This document shows positions 22,120 to 33,938 of a DNA stretch of 64,000 nt, piece by piece. The translations under genes were made by a program, and so were the position numbers. Origin of the DNA: Klebsormidium nitens (taxonomy: Eukaryota; Plantae; Klebsormidiophyceae). The DNA is taken from the NCBI GenBank assembly GCA_000708835.1, contig DF236979.1:1-64000 (forward strand). Reading direction: 5' to 3'. The notes under the pieces are model-generated. The model did not search any database. It worked only from the letters and a program-made list of their open reading frames with translations, and was not told where the DNA came from. Every line of letters begins with the position of its first letter. Position 1 is the stretch's first letter.

Positions 22120-22551
22120 GGGATTTTGAGACGGGGTGTAATCAGAGTCTCTCGCTCAGGCTGGCTAACTACTTCTGATGTGTATATATTTCACTGATCG
22201 TGATATAAGTACTGAGAACAAACACGAATCAAGTCCTGATTACGCCTCTACATTCTGCTAGTCCAGTGGACGCGTTATACAACGGCCAGGAAAAACAACA
22301 GGAACGTGCGACTGTCAGTGACATCCTTATAAGCGTGCGGATTGAACGCCAAGCGTGCACCCTACTTCCTTTTTGAGCGTGCGCGCTAAAACCGCATGCA
22401 ACAGAGAGCGGTTCAACATCGCTTTTCTCCTGCACCTACAGACATGCTCTCACGAATAGTCTTCTATCTACCGGGGTCTCTGTCTCTTTCCTTGCCAAAC
22501 ACGCTGTTCGCATGGGGCGCGCAACATAGTTTGACCCTAACTCTGCTCATC

Positions 22552-25500
22552 TTACACAGCCGAGGTCTCAACTGATGGACTCGGAGCGGGGTTCCGCTTC
22601 CGGGACAAAGTACCAAGTTCCGTTCCGCGGATAGGTTGGTTACGCAAACAGTCGGGGTTAAGGCTGCCCACTCGGTCTCCTGTCGCAAGCGCGCCGGTAA
22701 ACCATGTCCAGAGGAGGTGCCATAACCAGATGAAGAGGTGGGCGAGAGGGATGATCACCAAGAGCATCACCGCCAATACGGCCACCGTGATAGCTGCGGT
22801 TCACAGAAACGATACGATGTGTGGAGAGACCAGAATCTGTTTTTAACGAAGGAAGGGTCGAGTGAACTATTGAATGGTGAGATCATCGGTAACTGCTAGC
22901 CGAACAGATGAGATTACAGGTGCATTCAGTGCAATATGAGTCGAGCAGGTCTGGAAACTATAGCCACGAAGGTCCGCTGATAGTGGAGGCATGTCGAAGT
23001 CCTCCCTTGAATGAGGCGCGATCGCAGTTGAAAAAGCAAAAGCAGAAGCGATCCTGCGGTTCGCATCCCAACGATTACACATACAACCCGATCGACTTCC
23101 ACCGCTGAGTCAAGTATCCGAGAAATTGGCGAAGACGTCTGGAGTGGGCGCGAGGTGAGCAGGCAATGGTCTGGGTCACTCTTCCTAACGTTAACCTGAC
23201 TCCACATGGCTTTCGACGACCCACCCCTGACAACCTCAAATCCCACCTGCAACGAGCGTTCTGACAAACAGACACTCGAAAGAGGATTCGCCCAACAACA
23301 TCACAGGCGTCCTAAGTAGACCAAAAGCGAACCCGCTTCCGATCACAAATGTAAGATAAATGAAAGACAGCTGTGACCACTTGCGCGTCCTTCCAACTCA
23401 TCTTTACATCGTATCTGGGACAAGGAAGATGGTAATTCTTACCTCCTAGCCCGCTGTAATCAAGCGGCTTATAGATGAACCGCTCTCCGTCGGGGCGGGT
23501 GCCTCCAGCCCCCCAATAAATGAGCGTGAACGCCGCGTAGCAGCAGCCATAAATAAAGGTGTATACGACGTGCGCGAGCCGATAGGGTATCGCTGAGATG
23601 GCAATCTCCAGAAGCATCAGGCCGAGAATGACGCCTGCAGACCCAAAAAGAGTCCGATCTTCAATCTCTGGTGTGTCCACCTGTCTACGAAAACCAGACC
23701 GGCATGCAAAAGCTCGTAATTCCAACTCCTCGTAATTCCAACTCCTCGTAATTTCAACTCCTGTGGTCGGAGTTGGATTGTAGTGCTCCGCAGACAAAAG
23801 GCAAAGGGGAGCAACAGGAGCAAACCTGGTGAGAGCCTTTTGAAAACCGGCTTCAAAAATACATCATCTTGCGCTGAATCAGTTGCGCAAGGATCAAAGA
23901 AACGAGGCCTGATCGGGAAGAATGGCAGCCCCCTGACATTGATCGCAGATGCTTAACACGGAACTCTCTAATGGTGCTTGAGAGTCTGCGGAAGACGGTT
24001 TTGAAGGGCTGGGTTGCGATTGTTTCTTGCAGATCTTGAAGTCGCCTTAATCGACCTAACTTTCGAAATTGAGAGCGGCGCTAACTTTCTCGTGAATGCC
24101 TTGCTTGAAAACCGAGCAGCACGTGAGGAAGAAAGCTGGCTCTTGTTCTGACCAAACCTCAATTTGGTGCCCCCACTTGTACCAACTAATATATCCTTTT
24201 ACATTTCCGCTCCAGTCTCATCGATGGACGTTGCTTAGAAAGCAGAAAAGGAGCAAGAAGGCTGAGCTCAGTACCAAGAACTGAAATGAATAGGCTTCTA
24301 ATCTTCGCAGGCTTCCAGGCAACGTGCACCAATGACGCCGAAAAACACAAATAGATCATCGCCAAAGTAGGAAGCATTTGAGTTTACTGGCTGCGGAGCA
24401 CTCACCATGCACGTTGACGTTTGTGGGGGAATACTGGCTTCCCGTCTGCCCCAGGCCTCCTCCCGCAAAGTTTGCCCCGCCTGGGTTGGAAGAGATCGCA
24501 GTCCAGTACACTACAACAATCTGCAATCAAGCAGATGCCATCAGTTAGCTCGAGAAGCTCCACCGGAAACCAGGGGGCTTGCGAGTGATTTGCCGGGTTT
24601 GACTGACAAACCGATGTTACCAGAAGCACCAGCATTCGCGCAACAAACAGCAGAAGTGGCTAGACTTCAATATCAATGTATCAAGGCTTCTACTGACATG
24701 TTGAGCTGGCCACCTGAACGAGGCTGACTTCGTACCGGTGTGATAATGCCTAACATCTGATAATGTGGTGGTGCGAATTCATGAACTCTTTGCAAAGCAG
24801 TATAGACAAGGGAGGAAGAAGCACATTGGCAAAAGGAAAGCACAGAAGAGAACAGAAAAGAGGCCTTTGAGGCATGGCAGTTGGCATACCAAGAGGGAGG
24901 CGTCGGCGCATAGGTTATGGAGCAGCCACGTCAGCTTATATGCCCAGTTGAAGTGGTAATCGTGCGTGTGGAAACGGAGCGCCGCTCGCGCGAGGCCGCT
25001 CGTTGATGGGGGCGCCTCCACTCCTCGCCGAGCGCGAAAGGCATCCGCTTTGCGCATCTCCTCGGTGTAGCTGTCGGCGCCTTTTTGGTCGCCGCGCCAG
25101 TGGAGAAGAGTGTATTGGAGGGTCATGACAAAGACAACCAGGAAGTAGATGCTGCACTGCAGAAGTGAAAAAACGACGCCGGTCAGAATAAGCTGTTAGT
25201 GGTGGTTATGGTGGTGTTGTTGACTAAAGTGAGGCGCTAGTGCTATAGCTTTTCTGTGGAGGTTGCCCAGCCCCATGCCACAATGATTAGTTGAGGGCCC
25301 GATGATAGATCCTGATTTGTTGCAGCAGTGGCCAAGCTGAGGTATCAATGCTGCAAAAGGATTAGTGCTCGGGTGCATTTCCAGTGTCTTCATACAGAAA
25401 TTGACCAGCTCAGCGGAGTAAAAGGAGGAAGAGGATGCAACTTTGAGGGTACATTACACTGGGGCGCTGTAATTTCAACGTGTATATTCCAGCCGGGTCG

Positions 25501-26275
25501 GTAAGTCAGAAATCTTACCGGCAGATGTACCCTGGCAATCTTTCTCTTTACCACCGCAATCCGTTACAAACCCATGGCGAGGACAAACAGCCCAGCAACA
25601 ACTAGAGAAGGAGCCTTCTGGAAAGCTTGGGGTTCCCTACTACCACCGGACACCAAGTAATCAACAGGAAGCACATTGCATGCAACGGTAAGAAGAGTTC
25701 AAGCTGCCACCTTTTTCAATGGCAGCGCCGCCGGCGCCCAGCGTCCATTCAAATGGATGATTCATTTCCTGCTGCAGGCAATACCGAGTACATAAGCGCT
25801 CCCCTGCTCAATAGCTTACCAGCAGGACGTTCCAGTGCGTCAGGTACACGAACCACTTGGGCCCGCTCCCACTTGTTGCATCCGCGATGATCCAGCCCCC
25901 CCAGTAGAAGAGCAGACAGAAGCGGTAGAACAAGAACGTCCACTGCTGCCAGGGATGCATGTTAAACCCGCACAGCCAGAAGTATTGTCGGGGCTCGACA
26001 AAGAGTGACTTTGGCTCGTTTGACAGTCTGAACGCTTTCCAAGACCACTGCTTTTTCCACTCGGGGCCGCAACCGCCGAAGCAGCCCTCGTGCACTGGCG
26101 CCAAGCTGGGCGCGACAGGTGTCACATAAGAGCTGGCGGGCGCGTCATAAGAGGCCCGGGGTGCTGTATAAGCGGCTGGGGTGGCGGTGGTTGGGCCGGT
26201 GCTTACGGCTGATGGTTCTCTTTGCATGTCAATGACAGTTGCAGGGGGAGTGGCCTGCGTGGCCGCCATGTTCAC
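22552..26275 (-). CDS. Rolling stone (rost)-like multi-pass membrane protein, 423 aa
   Basis: Exons (minus) 26275-25820, 25156-24890, 24520-24406, 23634-23443, 22793-22552 with consistent phases. Motifs FLFYRF, KWFVYLTHW, VVVYW, NVNVHG, HVVYTFIYG, FIYKPLDY are typical of rost-like proteins. Confidence 0.85.
23713..23760. repeat. Intronic minisatellite, 3 x 16 bp (ctcgtaattccaactc)
   Basis: Two identical copies and one copy with a single mismatch, head to tail. Confidence 0.9.
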
Positions 26276-27059
26276 AATGGACTCAGTAAGAGACTCAGAT
26301 TTCTAGCTGGCAGCGCTGTCAAATGTTGAGATCAGGCGTTATGAGCGTAGCATGTTACCAAAAAACTGATCCTAGCTGGTTTGGCAACAGTGCAGTCGTT
26401 CCGCTTCTGACAACCCGGTAGCTAAAGTAGTCCCTGCAATGCGCGTTACGGCAGATCTCGACCGCTCTGTAGTGCTACCATGTGTTGATCAATCTTGCGC
26501 TGCGGTCAATCCGCATGCTTTGCAACCCTCTTTTAACAAGAAGTAACTCCCCGCTCGGACTACCTGCCTCAACTCAGACGCATTCAATCAACTGTCTCAA
26601 ACGCAGAGACCTCTGGCCAGCCTAGGTGCGTAAGCGCGTTATAGATCGCTTGTTGCATTGCTCTCCTGCCGTGTCTGTCCTATAGCTCGCGTACTGCATC
26701 CAGAGGAGAACTAAGGCTCCAGAATGCAGCTGATTCAAAGGAAGTCTCTCAGCGATGTTATGAAGCAAAGGCCAGTGCAAGCTTCTGGGCCCCTCTCCCG
26801 AAGCCCATAAAGACACGCACAGCTGGCAGCTCTGGACCGCCCTGGCGCTTGGAGGCAAGCCTGAGCTTTGATTTTGTGGCTTGCTTCTTCTCTCCAAAAG
26901 GTGTCATGACGTCAGATGAATGTCAGCCTAGAGGGATCCCGAGGGCTGTGTCCTGCCAGGTGTGAGCGGCATTCTGGTTGTGAACGACGAAAGCAGGCCA
27001 AGTGTCACTTCGGCTACGTGGCAGACGGGCAAGCTGTAGCAGGCGCGTGCCGGAACCCG

Positions 27060-27190
27060 GTTCCAATCAACACGCGGCCGCGGCGGCCCAGCCGCCCGCG
27101 GATCCAGCGCGAGCGAGCGGCGCGCCCCGGGCCAAGCAGCTATAGCTCAGGCTGGGGCCCGGTCACACCGTCGGGCTGCCGCCAGGAGCA
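27060..27190. promoter_or_regulatory. GC-rich promoter-like patch (probably for the rost-like gene)
   Basis: CpG-dense island ~800 bp upstream of the minus-strand start at 26275. Confidence 0.35.
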
Positions 27191-29198
27191 GAGGCGCGTA
27201 GATTCTCTCCTTTGGTCCAGCTCTAGATATTATCAGGTGACTAGAGACTGGCACAAGAACCTTCTAGTATGTACAAGGTCGATGCAAGAAGCGCACCATT
27301 CAATGATTTCGGGTGCCGGAACGGCTGATGCCAACTGTGATGACGCGACTGATTCCTTTTCATCCTTTCGAAGATCTTCTGTGGTGAACAACGAGAAGAG
27401 AGGTTGGTATACTACCAATCTGTTGGGACAGGCTCAATACGCGAATCAACTTGAACATCTAGGTTCAACGCACTGATGCCGGTCGATGCTTGCACAAAGT
27501 CACTGCTTTGTGCTCAAGTTGTTCAACTGACTTAAAGACACTGACTAGATCGCGCTCATGGTCCAAATTGTCCTTCCTTTGAACAGCACGAAGGGACAAA
27601 ACATTACCTGACTTTCACGACTGGAAGCTGGTATCGCATGATTGGACAAGCATACAATTGTGCAAGTAGATAAATTTATGCGCTTTAGTAGGACGCTTCA
27701 ACCCGGTGTCTAGTATAGATTGACGAGCTCAAGGCCCCAGGGAAACGAGTAGCACAGGCCTCGACTGTGTCAGCAACTTTTCCACCTATGGCTGCAGTAA
27801 TCCATAGGGAGAGAAATTGGCGAGGCGTCAAAGCGCGAAGAAGAAAGGACCATTGTAAACTGCGTGTGTCTAGGCGAGGTCGACAACTCGGCCTACGTAA
27901 TTGACTGCAAAATAAACGAAAGAACGCTTCCGATCGAAGCATGGCCAAGTTCATCTGCTGGACGAGCGAACCAACCTGTGCAATTCAATGATGTGCAGAA
28001 TTGAGATCTCACTTATTTGTGAACTAATCTCTACAAGACGTTTGCATGATTTGAAGCGTCAACCTTCGAAACAACAAGAAGATGAACGACGTTTCCTGCC
28101 CCTTGTGGTCTTTTGAGACACTGCACGAGTCTGCAGCTCGACTTGCTAAAATATCAAGTCCAGATTGGGTACTTCTCAACATGCGCCGACGCGAGAGTGC
28201 AGCTAAGTACATGTTTAGTGTGTCACGATATTTGAGATGATTCTGGCCGAGCATACTTCAACATATCAAACCTCGTGCTCACTTCCAACCTCACCAGCTA
28301 AACCATCAAGGTCATTCCACTTCCAACGATACGATGCAAACGGAAAGCACAAGTTTGATGTTTTTCCAGTACATCCAAAAATTCAGTTGCGGGCATGCTA
28401 CGCCAAGTGCCCAGACGGTACCCCTACTGTACAAAAAGCTTGAGTGTCAACTCTATATATGTCTGTAAGCATATGCGCTCTATTTTCTTGTATCATCTTG
28501 TCTCTTTCTCAATCGGCTTTTGCCTGCGCACTGCTCCCACCGAAAACCAGACTGTAGCCGTATTGAGCCCAGCTTGTTGCTATCCCGTAAACCCGTTGTA
28601 CTGTAATGAAGGTCTGCACATGAAAAGTATGAACGCTCTTAGGAGCTTCAAGACGGCAAAGATATTCACTCCAGACGATTCAGGTGTTCATCAAAGCAGA
28701 TTATGGTCTTCCAAATATGCACTGGGTTTTTACCTTCAAAAGCCAGAAAACCTTTTTCCGCAGTTCAGTAGAAAGCTCCAAACTTAGGCACGTTCGCTAT
28801 TTCTCGAGAGGTTAGTACGAAGACAAGTGACATCACCACGGACTTATCATAAGCCTTTCTGCTGCTAGATAACGGCGCTCTCCGCGAGTCGACTTGCACC
28901 TTTTCTTAGGCCCCGCCCTATCAATGACTCTTTTCCTGAACTATGTTAGATTTTGTTACGGTTGGAGACACCTCTTTAGCTACGATCTCTCGCATTCTAG
29001 AAGAGACTCAAAAGAGTGGGCTTTTGCCCGGCTGGCAAATTCGAAACAAAATCCCAATCAGGAAGCTGACTCCAAAGCAAAGGGCGACAAGCCCCTAAAA
29101 GCTAGACGCGAGAGTGCATATCCAGACAGCTAGAACAAACATTGTGGCTGCAGTTTGACAGCAGATCTCGCAAAGGCTGAGAAGCTGCGTAAGCTCAC

Positions 29199-32100
29199 CC
29201 AATATGTCCAGCTTGCTTTATAGGGGCGTGCCTCCGGGAACGGCAACGGGTGCCCAACCGCGTACCTGCAAACACAAACGACGTCAGCATCGGCACCGCC
29301 TCTTGCTTCGCCGGCAAATAAGTCAGTCGCCGTTTAGTGAAAGCAAGGCGTCAATCTAGTCTTCTGCTATACTGGCTCCGTAACGTCTTGTTTGTTTCAA
29401 TATGCGTTTGCTTTCGCTGCAACGCACTCGAACCCAGAGAGTTCCAGGAGTGAGTTCGTTAGGTGGAACATATATGGGCCCTTCATCGTGGACTGTAAGG
29501 TCAAGCTTCGTGCAAATGCAATGCGAGGCAGATCACTAAATGAGAGACGACTGATCAAGTAAACCTACCAAGACAATGATGGCACAGCAGACAGACCGCG
29601 AATTATCCGAAAAGTAACATAAAGGAGAACGGAAGACGAACTTACAGAATGCCAAAAAGTGCTCCAAGGCCCCCAGTGTTACCGACTCTGCACAGTACGA
29701 GAGAAGAATGAAACCAAGCTATGAATGGATGGATCGCTGGTTCTAAACGCCAGACCCTTCTGCAAGCTGCCCGTCATCAGGATTGGCTTGTGTTGAGCCT
29801 TCACTTTGCACACACCGTGACTAATCAACCAACAACAGGATCGAGGATGGTCTAGCAGCGTGGGATTCAACTCGCTAGACATGCTTACTTTCGAAAGCTT
29901 CTGACGTGCTGTCGAATCTGCTAATAACTCTGTCCGAGAATATATACATGATCGGGTTGTGCCTCTGCGGAGCAACTCGACCCTGCTTGCTGGGGAGGCT
30001 TGCAAAGGAAACCCAGAAATGTGGTCGCCATGCCCTTTTCGTCTTTTAGCTCGCACCAAAAGAAGCGCTCATGACCATACCCAGTTTAAAAGAGTATCTG
30101 TTCCGATATTCGACGACTTGAGATGAAGTCAGCCGCGCTCACCTTCGGTCTGCCACATAGCCCACGGTCAGCTTCGTCACCTTGCCCTCTTCGTTGAAGG
30201 TCATCGACGACACTTCGGGGGCCGCTTCAACACGCTGTAAGGAAACGTACAATCCTCATTAAGAAGGAGAAGCAGGGAAGACAAGAAGAAAAGACGGATC
30301 GTTCGAAGAAGGAGCTCCGAATGCTCCAAATGCAGGCTAACGAGAGAGGGGTCACTTAAGTGGAACACAAGAACGTCTTTGGAAAAGCCGTTTTGCAGCT
30401 TTCTGGTGGATCATGGAACGGCGCAAGATCCCTCAGGGCGAAAATTTTGAGAAGACTGTGCTGCAAGGTCGTTCCGGACAACCTCGGTTAGAATTGCAAG
30501 CGACAACTGACAGTGGATAGTCGTGTGCTGCTTGTAAACGGTAAGAGATCCCGAACTTTGGGAAGCTTGAGCGCTTCGCCCTCATCGTGCCTTATACCGA
30601 GTCAAAAACTTCAGTAAGTCTAACAGATAACAAGTAAGGGCAATCGTCTCATAGAGTTGGTCAAAAACCTTCAACAACGGGCGCCACCTCAAGGTGTCTG
30701 TCGCCCTCGAACAAAGTCCTCGCTTGATACAACGTGAACATCTGGACGTCAACGTCCAGAAACGGATTCCCGACCACTTTTACATTTCAGGAAAGAAAGG
30801 GTCGGAAAGAGTCTTGATGATCGAATGAACCTCACAAAAATGAAGAGCGCTTTGTAAAAAGCGGGAGCCGGTCGCAGAGACTCTTGAAGAATTGACTCAA
30901 AACTTACAAAAAGGACGAATTGGGGTCTAAAGAGGCATTTCGGAGTCAATCTGCTCACCTTGTAAGTGGGCTTAATCGTGCGTGCCCCGAACTTGAGAGG
31001 GCCTGTGTGGGTAGCGCGGGTCCGTGTGAAAAACCATACCCGGTTTGGTTCATAGGGGTCAACGAAGAAGTTGTAGAAGTTCGCCTCAACATCTGCAAGC
31101 AGAGTCCAAGACAATCAGCGACACACTTCTGCGAGGACTTGCGAAAGAGTGCAAAACGGAAAGCCACTGTTTAGAGACAGCTTTAGAAGCCATGCGCGTT
31201 GCCAGACTTCAAAAAGTCGAGCCAAGAGGATTCGTCTGTAGTGCGGTTCGAATAACAGGCTTCCGTGGATTGTCCTCTTCTAGTGTAAAGACCTTTGGAA
31301 ATCATTGCTTGTCGGCAATGTGCCAGTCCTTGCAAGTCAGTTTACTCAGCAAGCGGCTGCAAGACCAGACTGGAAAAGAGGGCCTTTATACCGCAATCAA
31401 TTCGTATAAACGCAACTCAACTTACATGTCCGAAGTCCTCTGGCAGGCGGGAAGTGCAATGGTTAGAGGCAAGTAGCATGACCCCTTTGACCCCTTACCT
31501 GGGAATGCAACTTTCAGCTGGAAAGATGCGAACGCTTTGAGGAACTCCTTCTTGCCAAGATAGATGATAGGCGCAGCGAATTTGAAGTCATCCGCTAGAA
31601 GCAAAGGATCATCCACGCCCTGCAAAGTGAAGTCGACATCGCTTCTAGTTGCTTCCAGAACATCAAGGCTTTCTTTGATATGTTCAAAAAGAAATTCACA
31701 AACACGGCCTTTGTGATTTTAGGCCCTGATCAGCTTCGCCAGCTTGTCTCATGTCAGAAAAAGTCACCCCCTTGACAGCACAGAGAGCCGGCGGAAAAGA
31801 TCATAAACATTATGGTGCGTCACCCTTTCTGTATCTACAACGACGGGGTGATCGTCTATGCTAGCGGTCAAAGACTGAGCGTATAAAAAGAAGATGCAGA
31901 GCGGACAGCGGTGCATGCGGGTCAAGGTCTGTGTGTCAGCTGACTCATGTTACTTGTTTGGTGATGCGCCAGTGATGTCACTCAAAGTAGCATCTCTTAC
32001 ACCATCTGTGCCATAAAACTTGCAATCACAACAGTGTTCGGGACTTGTGTGTCTTCATGTTGCTGTTTGACATCAGGTAAACTTTCCACAAGATGGCGCC

Positions 32101-32460
32101 AGCTGCCAGAGTTGGTGCACCATGCAGGGGCTTAACATAGGTACGTAAGTCAGAATTCCCAGAAGCATTTCAACGAGAGCTACTTCTGCTCCATCTAAAG
32201 GGCTCCCTGGAGGGTCAATATCACAAGGCATTGGCCACACTGCACCACCTGCAATCGTGCCAGATACTTCTTGTAAACTGCAGCCCCAGAAATCTGTCAT
32301 ATTAGGGACAAGATCATGTATTTGAAGGGCTGGCCAATCAGCAGTCCACACCCACCTGGTTTTTCGCAAGCACGTTCTTTGTCAGTTCTATTAATCGGTC
32401 CGGCGCAATGCTGAACTTCAGCTCTGGGAGCTTTGTCGGCGTCGCTGCTTCAGGCGCCAT
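29199..32460 (-). CDS. SnoaL/NTF2-like fold protein (algal-type); terminal exon unresolved
   Basis: Exons (minus) 32460-32356, 31619-31499, 31092-30959, 30234-30143, 29687-29646, 29265-29199 give DPLLLADDFKFAAP..KEFLKAF..AFPD..NFYNFFVDPYEPNRVWFFTRTRATHTG..EVSSMTFNEEGKVTKLTVGYVADRRVGNTGGLGALFGILYAVGHPLPFPEARPY. The fold call comes from recalled family resemblance. Confidence 0.75.
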
Positions 32461-32878
32461 GCTGGCTCTTGTAGGGTAGTGCAGATCTGAATGATTCTAA
32501 CTACAGCTGAACCAGCTCAATGCACTCCACGAAAGCGCCAATCCGCGGCAGCGTTTTGAGCAGCGCAACTCTAAGGGTTTCTTTGCTTCCTGTTGCTATG
32601 CGATGTGGGCGCAGGGACAGATTTGCAGCGTGTCTTCTGACGATTCTCATGCAAGCCCTTGAGGGCTTGAAGGCGGCCACTCGATCAGAGTCCGTCACAG
32701 TCACATGCTGTACACAGTACAGGCTGCGTGGGAGTGCTTCAGAAAACCGAATCCCGAGTAGTCGAAAAGCGGCCGTCCGATGCCAGCCCGGATGGTCAAT
32801 CCACGGCCTTGGCTGATTGTAGTAGACCAAGCCGACGTGTCAAAATCTGGTGCGTTAATCGTTACTGCTCTGTACTTA

Positions 32879-33794
32879 GGGTACCGTCATTTTGTACCTG
32901 GTACCCCCCCATATTTATTTGGGGGGGGGGGGCTCGAGGCCTCAGTGGTGACGCAGGGTGGAGGAGGGGGGGGGGGGCTTGGGGGCATTCTGAGAATCAG
33001 GGCCCCTATGGGGGGACGGCTTGAGCTTTCAAGCGGAGGGTCTTATGAGCGGCGTTCCCCAACATATCTTTGTGTTTGTCCCTCAAAATGAGCATCAAAA
33101 GAGTCATTNNNNNNNNNNNNNNNNNNNNNNNNNNNNNNNNNNNNNNNNNNNNNNNNNNNNNNNNNNNNNNNNNNNNNNNNNNNNNNNNNNNNNNNNNNNN
33201 NNNNNNNNNNNNNNNNNNNNNNNNNNNNNNNNNNNNNNNNNNNNNNNNNNNNNNNNNNNNNNNNNNNNNNNNNNNNNNNNNNNNNNNNNNNNNNNNNNNN
33301 NNNNNNNNNNNNNNNNNNNNNNNNNNNNNNNNNNNNNNNNNNNNNNNNNNNNNNNNNNNNNNNNNNNNNNNNNNNNNNNNNNNNNNNNNNNNNNNNNNNN
33401 NNNNNNNNNNNNNNNNNNNNNNNNNNNNNNNNNNNNNNNNNNNNNNNNNNNNNNNNNNNNNNNNNNNNNNNNNNNNNNNNNNNNNNNNNNNNNNNNNNNN
33501 NNNNNNNNNNNNNNNNNNNNNNNNNNNNNNNNNNNNNNNNNNNNNNNNNNNNNNNNNNNNNNNNNNNNNNNNNNNNNNNNNNNNNNNNNNNNNNNNNNNN
33601 NNNNNNNNNNNNNNNNNNNNNNNNNNNNNNNNNNNNNNNNNNNNNNNNNNNNNNNNNNNNNNNNNNNNNNNNNNNNNNNNNNNNNNNNNNNNNNNNNNNN
33701 NNNNNNNNNNNNNNNNNNNNNTGGCAAGGGGCCACTAGTCCGAAAATGGTCGATTTAAATATGGGGGGGTGCCAGTTACAAAATGACGGTACCC
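32879..33794. mobile_element. Non-autonomous PIF/Harbinger (Tourist-like) MITE
   Basis: 39-bp terminal inverted repeats (32879-32917 and 33756-33794, 2 mismatches) starting GGG, flanked by a TTA target-site duplication (32876-32878, 33795-33797). The interior has long poly-G runs and an assembly gap. Confidence 0.85.
33109..33721. other. Assembly gap (613 N)
   Basis: Run of N; the true length is unknown. Confidence 0.99.
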
Positions 33795-33938
33795 TTAGAC
33801 CCACTTGGTTAAACGCAGGAGAACTTGGGGACACTGTGACTAGGTTTGGGCTGAAACGTGGCTGCTCAGTTATGTCATTGTAAGTAAACCCCACGCCTGC
33901 CGTTGCGTTTTGTGCTGCTCCAACTGCCTGAAGGGTTG

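Noticed and set aside
26907-26914. TGACGTCA bZIP-type site
   Set aside because: The 8-mer and its variants recur in introns and coding sequence in this window, so one occurrence is uninformative.
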